A model generated the notes under the pieces. It did no database searches. It worked only from the letters and a program-made list of their open reading frames with translations, and had not been told where the DNA came from. Position numbers and translations under genes: made by a program. A DNA stretch of 64,000 nucleotides, taken from contig CAVSHR010000002.1 of NCBI GenBank assembly GCA_963727625.1, positions 64,001 to 128,000 on the forward strand. Direction: 5' to 3'. This stretch comes from an uncultured delta proteobacterium (GTDB lineage Bacteria; Desulfobacterota; Binatia; UBA9968). Shown here piece by piece: positions 57,162 through 64,000 of this stretch (the first letter of the stretch is position 1; every line of letters begins with the position of its first letter).

Positions 57162-58787
57162 CTAATTCAGCTTCACATCGACGACGACAAAGTCATCCGA
57201 CGCGAGCGCTTTTTCGAAGACCGGTTTCAACTCTTCCTGCTTTGTCACTGCGAACCCTTTGGCGCCGTAGAGCTCGGCGAGCTTGGGCAAGTCGGGGATG
57301 AACAGCTCGGTGCCGATGACGCGGCCGCCGTAGGTTTTCATCTGGTCGCGCTTCATGCCGCCGTAGGCGTTGTTGCGCAGGATGAGGACGAAGATTGGGA
57401 TTTTGTGATACGTCGCCGTGGCGAGCTCTTGTTGCTCCATCATAAACGAGCCGTCGCCAGTGACGCAGATCACCCGGGCGTCGGGGCGGCCGAGCTTGAC
57501 GCCCATGGCGGTTGCCAGCGCGGTGCCGATGGCGCGAAACTCGCCGGCGTGGATGATCGGGTTGACCGCATCGATGCCGCGGAGCGTGTCGCCGGTCATC
57601 CCCGACGTGGTGAGAATCTCGTTGCCTTTGAGCAGGTCATTGAGCGCGCGCATGACCGACGCATAGGTCAGGCCCTTGTTGGCCGGGTTCTGTTCGACTT
57701 CGTTTTCCCAGGACCGTTTGGCGTGCTGGATCGCTTGCGCTCTTGCGCCGTTCGCCGCGGGCTTTGGCTGGCGTTTTTTGACTTCGTCGATGATCGCGCG
57801 CAGGGCAACCTTGGCGTCGGCAGTAATCGACAAGGCGGTGGGGTAGTTGCGGCCGAGCTCGTCGGGGTCGGTGTCGATCTGCACGATCTTAGCCTTCTCG
57901 GGAATGATCTCGTGGCCGAAGCGCATTGTCGTGCCTTCGCTGAAGGTCGTGCCGAGGGCCAGGATCAAATCCGCCTCTTGGAAGAATTTGCGCGAGTAGG
58001 GGCGACTGCCGAAGCCCAGGCAGCCGAGCGCAAGCGGATGATTCTCGGGGAAAACTCCTTTGGCCGTGTAGCTCACGGCGACGGGCAGCGATAATAAATC
58101 GGCGAGTTCGCGCACTTCTTCCCGCGCCCCCGCCCAGTCGACACCGGTGCCGGCGAGCACCACCGGCGTTTTGGCCTGGAGCAAGAGATCCACCGCCGCT
58201 TTCTCCGCGCCGGCGTCCATGGCCGGCGCGACCGGCTCGGCGGTCTTGGCGAAGCTCAACGGCTCGGGCAGTTGGGCATGCTGCAAGTCTTCCGGGACGA
58301 TCAGAAAAACCGGGCCCTGGCGGCCGCGCGTGGTCTGGCGAAACAGCGAGTCCATCAATGAACCCAATTCTTCGATCCGTTCGAGCCTGGCGCTCTGCTT
58401 GGTGATCGGCTGAAACATGCGGACATGCTCCATGCCGTGAAACGATGAATAACGGCCCTTTGAGTAAGCCGCGGTGTCGATGTCCGACGAGATGACGAAC
58501 AAGGGCACGGACTCTTTGTGCGCTTGCGCCACGGCCGTGACGATGTTCGTCGCGCCGCCGGCGGCCGAGACCAGACAGACCGCCGGCTTCTTGGTGGCGC
58601 GCGCGTAGCCAAGCGCCATGTTGCCGGCGCCGCCCTCGTGCTGCGCGTTGACAAAACGCATGTGCGGCCGTTTGGCGATGGCATCGCCGATCGCGAACGA
58701 AGTGTGGGCGAGCACGCCGAAAATATTCTCGACGCCTCGCGAGCCTAAATATTCGATCAAAGCATCGGCAACGTTTGTTTCAGCCAT
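57162..58787 (-). CDS. ThDP-binding protein (acetolactate synthase-like)
   Basis: QHEGGAGNMALGYARA, GPVFL, GDGSFMM...NNAYG. Confidence 0.9.
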   Translation of the reverse strand: MAETNVADALIEYLGSRGVENIFGVLAHTSFAIGDAIAKRPHMRFVNAQHEGGAGNMALGYARATKKPAVCLVSAAGGATNIVTAVAQAHKESVPLFVISSDIDTAAYSKGRYSSFHGMEHVRMFQPITKQSARLERIEELGSLMDSLFRQTTRGRQGPVFLIVPEDLQHAQLPEPLSFAKTAEPVAPAMDAGAEKAAVDLLLQAKTPVVLAGTGVDWAGAREEVRELADLLSLPVAVSYTAKGVFPENHPLALGCLGFGSRPYSRKFFQEADLILALGTTFSEGTTMRFGHEIIPEKAKIVQIDTDPDELGRNYPTALSITADAKVALRAIIDEVKKRQPKPAANGARAQAIQHAKRSWENEVEQNPANKGLTYASVMRALNDLLKGNEILTTSGMTGDTLRGIDAVNPIIHAGEFRAIGTALATAMGVKLGRPDARVICVTGDGSFMMEQQELATATYHKIPIFVLILRNNAYGGMKRDQMKTYGGRVIGTELFIPDLPKLAELYGAKGFAVTKQEELKPVFEKALASDDFVVVDVKLN

Positions 58788-58873
58788 CGTGCGCCTCCTC
58801 GATTGATTCTCAGGTTTGATTATTGCAGCGGCGGAGAAAAAGCAAATTGACTTTGACGGCGGGCTGCGACCGC

Positions 58874-59986
58874 TCAGCTTCCCGCCGGCGAGCGCAATGA
58901 ATCTTGCGGCGCCGGCGAGTTCTTGGCCGCGCGCCTCACCGCGCGCAGGTTATTCATGAGAAACAGCAGGATCGCCAGTGCATTGAGCGCTCCGCCCCAT
59001 TGCTGAGCTACTGTGATATCCGCGAGATCGCCGAAGACGCGCAGGACGAGCGATAGATGAAGCAGGATCGCGTGAACATAGAAGCTTTTTAGAAACGCCA
59101 TTTTTACGCCCGTGATCACGGGGAGAATGACCGGGCCATGGGCGAAAATCATCGAAAAGACAAAGCCCAAAAAAATCGAGTGGAGCATGGCGTCGTAAAG
59201 CGGCCCGGCGACAAAAGAACCGGCGAACCGCAACCATAGGGCCCCGCCAACCGCAAGCCAAAAGTATCCGGCGATCAAACAGCTCGCCATGAAACGCGGC
59301 AAGCCCGGCTGGCGCAAACTTTGCCAGACGAGGTCGTAGCGCAGAAGCCAGAGCGCCAGCGCGATCAAGCCGGCGCCGGCGATGCGCACACCGGTAAAAA
59401 TTCCAAACATGGATGTGACCAGGCCGAGCAGAAGGATCGCGGCACTCGAGCGGAACAGTAGGCGCACGTTTAACGGCGGCCGGCGAATCCGGGTGAGCTC
59501 CAGTCTTTCACCGGCGATCATCAACACCAGAAAACCGACCCACCAAGGAACGACCTCGGAAAGGGAGGTGTCGGTCATCCAGTTCAGATTCCCAACTCCC
59601 AAGCAAAGGGCGCTCAACATCATGATAACGAAGTGTTCCGACGGCTGGCGCCGGTAAAGCCAGGCGAAAAACAAGACGAATAAGGAAGCGGCGATAAGCG
59701 CGAGCGAAGCGACCGCCTGCCGAGGCGCGCCGAAGAGGAGCGAGAGGTAACTCAAGGCGCTGAATAATGGAACACCGTAGACCCAAAGTCGGTCGACGGC
59801 GACGGCGCGCTCGAGACCGATAAGTGTGCCGAGAAAACCGATGATCATGAGCGGACCGTGCAACGAAGTGAAATCGGCATCAGGCAACCGCAGGTCCCAG
59901 CCCAACCGGGCTAAGCCGGTCCAAAGTGCCGCCAGCAGCGAGATGCCGGCCAAAGCCATGAGGATGAAGCGAGCGGAGCGAGGCAT
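58874..59986 (-). CDS. Polytopic membrane protein, NnrS-like
   Basis: HGPLMIIGFLGTLIGLERAVA, IAGERLEL, YDAMLHSIFLGFVFSMIFAH. Confidence 0.7.
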   Translation of the reverse strand: MPRSARFILMALAGISLLAALWTGLARLGWDLRLPDADFTSLHGPLMIIGFLGTLIGLERAVAVDRLWVYGVPLFSALSYLSLLFGAPRQAVASLALIAASLFVLFFAWLYRRQPSEHFVIMMLSALCLGVGNLNWMTDTSLSEVVPWWVGFLVLMIAGERLELTRIRRPPLNVRLLFRSSAAILLLGLVTSMFGIFTGVRIAGAGLIALALWLLRYDLVWQSLRQPGLPRFMASCLIAGYFWLAVGGALWLRFAGSFVAGPLYDAMLHSIFLGFVFSMIFAHGPVILPVITGVKMAFLKSFYVHAILLHLSLVLRVFGDLADITVAQQWGGALNALAILLFLMNNLRAVRRAAKNSPAPQDSLRSPAGS

Positions 59987-60009
59987 TTGAGTTACGCTGC
60001 TAATTGTCT

Positions 60010-60534
60010 TTACCAGGGCGCGCCGCGCACGAGCATGGTTCCCAGGATGATCGCGATCAAGGCCAACAGTAGGTTGACCCGCGCGAAGCGAACGGCTTGC
60101 CGGCGTAGTCGGCCGCTTGCCGCCGACCGCGGGTCTCCTTCCCAGACCGCGGCGGCGCGCGGCCCGATGCTGAAATCATGCACCGCGCTGAGCGCCAGGA
60201 TGACCGCGAAAGCGAATAACTTCAGCATTAAAACAGTACCGAACGAACCGCGCCAAAAAATCGCGCTCGACAAGTCGTTCCAGGTCACGCCGCGAAACGC
60301 CAAATTGATCGAACCGGTGATCATGAAAACCAGAAAACAAAGCCATCCTAACCAACGAAATCGGTGCGCGGTCCATCGAACCATACGGGCGGCAACGGCG
60401 CTGAACTCGGGTTGGCGGATCGCGGGGATCAGCACCAGCGCCATAAATAACGTGCCGCCGACCCAAATCATCGCAGCCATGATGTGGAGCCAAACCGAAG
60501 TGAGGTAAAGCAGATGCATGATCGACGGGACCAA
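60010..60534 (-). CDS. CopD/DUF4149-like four-TM membrane protein
   Basis: WLHIMAAMIWVGG, ITG, KL...LSAVHDF-GP. Confidence 0.75.
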   Translation of the reverse strand: MVPSIMHLLYLTSVWLHIMAAMIWVGGTLFMALVLIPAIRQPEFSAVAARMVRWTAHRFRWLGWLCFLVFMITGSINLAFRGVTWNDLSSAIFWRGSFGTVLMLKLFAFAVILALSAVHDFSIGPRAAAVWEGDPRSAASGRLRRQAVRFARVNLLLALIAIILGTMLVRGAPW

Positions 60535-60602
60535 GACTTGTACGTTGATTTTTAACTATGAAAGAGCGGCGCGGAATGCAATCCCGCTAAAAAGACGAAC
60601 TT

Positions 60603-62372
60603 TCAATGGCTTGCCGCACTCGCCTGGATGTCGTGGTGTACGCCGAAGCGGCGGCCGAAATAGCGGACGAGCAGCGCTCCGGTGAAGGTAAACAGGATGA
60701 TGAAGATGCTGACGATGCTCGCCGCCTCGCGATCATTGACCGCGGGCGTCGACAGCTCCAGCGCCATCAGTGAGAGCGTCATGGTGTCACGGGAGGCGAG
60801 CAGGATGATGCTGCCGGTGGCGCCGGCGGCGATGACGAAATTCATCACCCCAAGCAGAATCAGCGTCGGCATCAAGAGCGGCAGCCAGATGCGGAAGTAG
60901 GTTCTGATCCAACCGGCGCCGGAGACGCGCGCCGCCTCTTCCATGTCGGCGCCCACCTGAACCAGGACGCCTTTCATAATATTGACGCCGGTGGTCTTGC
61001 CCTGCAGGATCACGACGATGATCAGCGCCCAAATCGTGCCGAAGAGAAAATTCAGTCCCGGCGTGTCGATGAAAACCCACAAAAGGCCGAGTCCGGCGAG
61101 GATGCCGGGGATGGCGCCCGCGCTCCAGATCATCATGTCCAGGATGTTACGGCCCGGCAGGCGGGTGCGCACCAGCAGGTACGCGAGCACGGAAAAGAGC
61201 AGCGGGCTCAACATTGCCGCGCTGCTGGCGAGGATCAACGTGGTGCGCAACGATTTAACGAACACCGGATCGTTCAACACGAAGCGCCAGTGGTCGAGGG
61301 TAAATCCCAAGACAAAGTAGCCGATCCGTTCCATGAAACTGCCGAGCACCAGGATCGCCAGCGGCCCGATGGTGAGCAGCATGAGAAGCGCCGCGATGGC
61401 GCCGAAGGCGACGTAGTTCCAGGCGCGGAGATCGATCAGTCCGGGACGAAAGCTGCCGGTGATGGTCGTGTAACGGCGCCGCTCCAAAATCCACCGTTGC
61501 AGTGGAATGATCATGGCGATCATCAAAAGCGTCAGGCTGGCCAACACCGTGGCTTCGCCATAGTTGGGCACGGCGTCGCGAACCAGCGTGTAGATTTTCG
61601 TCGAATAGACGTAAAAACCGAAGGGCAAACCGAGCAAATATTCCGTTTCAAAAGATTGAAAAACCCGCAGAAGTTGCAGCGCCAGCACCAGGATCATCGG
61701 CGAAATCATCAGCGGCAGGGTGACTTTGAAAAGCGTGCGCAGGTTGCTCGCGCCGCCGACCCGAGCGGCTTCCTCCAGCGTCGAATCCATGTTACGAAAC
61801 GCCGGCGTCAATAGCATCACCTTGATCGAGATGCCGTGCCCCATCAAGTTGGCCCAAACGATGCCCGGCACGCTGAAAATGTTAAACGGCCCTTGCTCCA
61901 GGCCGAACAAGTGTTTGAGCCCGACGTTGATCACGCCGACATCGGGGTCCAACAGCGTGATCCAGGCGATGGTGGTCGGCAGCGCCGGAACCATGTACGA
62001 GACCCAAAACAAGAATTCCAGCGTGTGGCTAAAAGGAATCTTGGTTCGGGCGAGAAGCCATGCGATCGTGACGCCGACGGGAAAACTGATGATTACCGAG
62101 AGCGACCAGATCAGCAGGGAATTGCCAAGCGACCTGAGCAGCCCCGGATGATGAAAGGCGTTGATCCAGTGGTCCACGCCCCAGCGACGCGGCTCGACGA
62201 ACCAGTCGTTGGCGGCGTTGAAGCTATTGATCAGGAGCAGCAGCGCCGGCCAGATCAGAAAGTAACCCAGCGCGATAACCACCACCGCCATGATGAAATG
62301 GCCTTTGGTCAAGCGTGGCGCAGGCAAACTGCGCGGGACGGTTAGCTGATCGATGGCGGGGGATGGGTTCAC
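60603..62372 (-). CDS. FbpB-type ABC permease
   Basis: Two EAA motifs (MDSTLEEAARVGGA; GADMEEAARVSGA). Confidence 0.9.
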   Translation of the reverse strand: MNPSPAIDQLTVPRSLPAPRLTKGHFIMAVVVIALGYFLIWPALLLLINSFNAANDWFVEPRRWGVDHWINAFHHPGLLRSLGNSLLIWSLSVIISFPVGVTIAWLLARTKIPFSHTLEFLFWVSYMVPALPTTIAWITLLDPDVGVINVGLKHLFGLEQGPFNIFSVPGIVWANLMGHGISIKVMLLTPAFRNMDSTLEEAARVGGASNLRTLFKVTLPLMISPMILVLALQLLRVFQSFETEYLLGLPFGFYVYSTKIYTLVRDAVPNYGEATVLASLTLLMIAMIIPLQRWILERRRYTTITGSFRPGLIDLRAWNYVAFGAIAALLMLLTIGPLAILVLGSFMERIGYFVLGFTLDHWRFVLNDPVFVKSLRTTLILASSAAMLSPLLFSVLAYLLVRTRLPGRNILDMMIWSAGAIPGILAGLGLLWVFIDTPGLNFLFGTIWALIIVVILQGKTTGVNIMKGVLVQVGADMEEAARVSGAGWIRTYFRIWLPLLMPTLILLGVMNFVIAAGATGSIILLASRDTMTLSLMALELSTPAVNDREAASIVSIFIILFTFTGALLVRYFGRRFGVHHDIQASAASH

Positions 62373-62384
62373 GGCGAACTAATG

Positions 62385-62480
62385 GTTTCAGATGTTCCAG
62401 GGGTTCCAATCGTTCCAGCCGTTTCGATCGATGATTCCGTTAACGACCGAAACCTTTGGAACGATTGGAACGTTTGAAAC
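62385..62480. repeat. Inverted array of 9-mer repeats (5 forward, 4 reverse)
   Basis: GTTTCAGAT GTTCCAGGG GTTCCAATC GTTCCAGCC GTTTCGATC-N15-GACCGAAAC CTTTGGAAC GATTGGAAC GTTTGAAAC. Confidence 0.8.
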
Positions 62481-62487
62481 GGATTTT

Positions 62488-63669
62488 TTATTTCTGCCTC
62501 GACTCCCAGAGTTTCCTGATCCATTTCTGGGCTTCTTCCTGCTTCGCACCCATGCCGGGATCGGCATCGGGAAACGCGTATTCTTTCCCCGGCTCGCGCC
62601 GTTGATCGGGCGACACTTCGCCGAACGGAATATCGGTGCGCAGCGACGAGCGGTCGATGGCCGGAATCATCGTATGGGTCAGCGTCTGGCCTTCTTTGGA
62701 AAGAAACCAGTTGACAAACAGCTTCGCCGCGTTCGGATGGGGCGCCTTGGCAAACACGGAAATGCAGCAGCCGGAGCCGCCGGCGCGAACCAAGCCAACT
62801 TTTTTGGGCAAGAAGACTTGTTTGATCGGCAAGCCCTTTTTTGCCAGCCGGTTATATTGCTCGGTCCCGGTGGCGACCGCCTGAAGCGGATAGCGGCCGC
62901 TGACCAGCCAGGTTTCGAGGATGCGCCGGTCATCGGTGAAGGTGATTCCGGCGTCCAGCAGGTACGTGCGCACCCATTCCGGCCCGCGGTCTGGCTCGAA
63001 ATAGCTGTCGATCATCTGGCGTATTCCCGAAGGGTCGCCCATGCCTTGAGCCGCGATCTTGCCTTTCCAGCGCGGATCGAAGAAGTCCGTTTGTTTTTTG
63101 ATAGCGGCCATCTCGGCGGCCGTGATCTTGTCCGTGTTGTACCAGGACTCGTATTGGTCTTCCTTCGTTACATGGTAGATGAATGTAAACTTTGAAAACT
63201 TGTCCGCGTACCAATACCGGCCGAGATACCAAGCGGACTTGTCGAGCACTTCCGGATGAATGAGCAACGGGGCAAACGGCACCAGGGATTCCGACGGAAC
63301 CAGCCGCTGGTTGTTGACTCGGGAGCTGATCAGCGCGACGTCGACGGTGAATTTGCCGGCCTTGCGCTCTGCAAGCACCCGGTTGATGGTCGTCGTCGCG
63401 TTACCCGTGGCAACTTCGACTTTAATCCCGAATTTCTTTGTAAACGCGGCCATGATCGGCCGGTATTGGCGCGAGGGCGCGCCGCCGGACGCGACCGAAA
63501 GCGTGCCTTCTTGCTTGGCGGCGTCGATCAACTTGGACCACTCCTGTTCGAAGTTACCCGGTACCGCGGCGCCGCTGGCCGCTGCCGGGAAAAAGGCCCA
63601 GAGGGCGAGTAGAACCAAAATCGCTGCGACGCGATTACCTGCGAAGCCAAATCTTCCCGCTTTTTCCAT
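62488..63669 (-). CDS. ABC extracellular solute-binding protein
   Basis: Signal peptide; EWSKLIDAAKQEG, DPRWKGKI, APHPNAAKLFVNWFLSKEGQ. Confidence 0.88.
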   Translation of the reverse strand: MEKAGRFGFAGNRVAAILVLLALWAFFPAAASGAAVPGNFEQEWSKLIDAAKQEGTLSVASGGAPSRQYRPIMAAFTKKFGIKVEVATGNATTTINRVLAERKAGKFTVDVALISSRVNNQRLVPSESLVPFAPLLIHPEVLDKSAWYLGRYWYADKFSKFTFIYHVTKEDQYESWYNTDKITAAEMAAIKKQTDFFDPRWKGKIAAQGMGDPSGIRQMIDSYFEPDRGPEWVRTYLLDAGITFTDDRRILETWLVSGRYPLQAVATGTEQYNRLAKKGLPIKQVFLPKKVGLVRAGGSGCCISVFAKAPHPNAAKLFVNWFLSKEGQTLTHTMIPAIDRSSLRTDIPFGEVSPDQRREPGKEYAFPDADPGMGAKQEEAQKWIRKLWESRQK

Positions 63670-63688
63670 TATATAGGTCCTCCCTTTG

Positions 63689-64000
63689 TCAGCATTCTGC
63701 TTTGTGCGACCAGTCCGACGACCACGCGCTGTGGCCATCGGGCCGGAGCTTGAGCCAAACTTTGTTGCCTTCTTCGATCGGTTCATGGCGCTCGCCGTAG
63801 ATGAAGATCAAACCCTGGCCGTCCACTTCGACTTGATACTCGATGCGTTCGCCGACGAAGAGCGCCGCTTCGACCTTCCCGCCGATCATCCCCGACGGCG
63901 CTTCGGCACTGGGAGCCGCCTGGATCTCCACATCCTCGGGCCGGACTCCGATGTAGACGGATTCGCCCGCTGTTACACCGGCGGGGTCGTAGCTGCGCCC
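63689..64000 (-). CDS. ABC transporter ATP-binding protein, C-terminal TOBE domain (5' end outside window)
   Basis: VYIGVRPEDVEI...GKVEAALFVGERIEYQV. Confidence 0.75.
   Translation of the reverse strand, partial: GRSYDPAGVTAGESVYIGVRPEDVEIQAAPSAEAPSGMIGGKVEAALFVGERIEYQVEVDGQGLIFIYGERHEPIEEGNKVWLKLRPDGHSAWSSDWSHKAEC

Noticed and set aside
1-64000. CRISPR array, tRNA, rRNA, integrase or transposase
   Set aside because: No repeat-spacer periodicity, structural RNA signature or recombinase motif was seen. The 9-mer arrays have no unique spacers.

Overview
GC-rich bacterial chromosomal segment with about 55 protein-coding genes. No rRNA, tRNA, CRISPR array, integrase or transposase was seen. Content is dominated by catabolic and transport genes: three ThDP enzymes, two amidohydrolases, two VOC proteins, a LigAB-like dioxygenase, an LLM oxidoreductase, tcuAB, two dienelactone hydrolases and many ABC substrate-binding proteins (SBPs). 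Housekeeping genes include hflKC, thrC, hrpB, a Dus enzyme and a bactofilin. This mix resembles Candidatus Binatia/Binatota-type genomes (inference, not tested). Main hidden signals: (1) a GrdB/PrdB-like selenoprotein at 38320-39201, split by the ORF caller at an in-frame UGA (U-P-A-C motif) and followed by a SECIS-like hairpin; (2) an integrase-less integron cassette array at 46213-48390 with two 58-bp attC-like sites and one partial site, carrying an ABC SBP gene and a methyltransferase; (3) a dispersed 9-bp-period intergenic repeat family, including an inverted array between an SBP gene and its permease; (4) repeated gene-cargo-degenerate copy structures and stranded 3' gene remnants; (5) enzymes lacking canonical catalytic residues. 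Three genes carry clustered indels that look like sequencing-consensus errors. All family assignments come from motif recognition by eye, without database searches.
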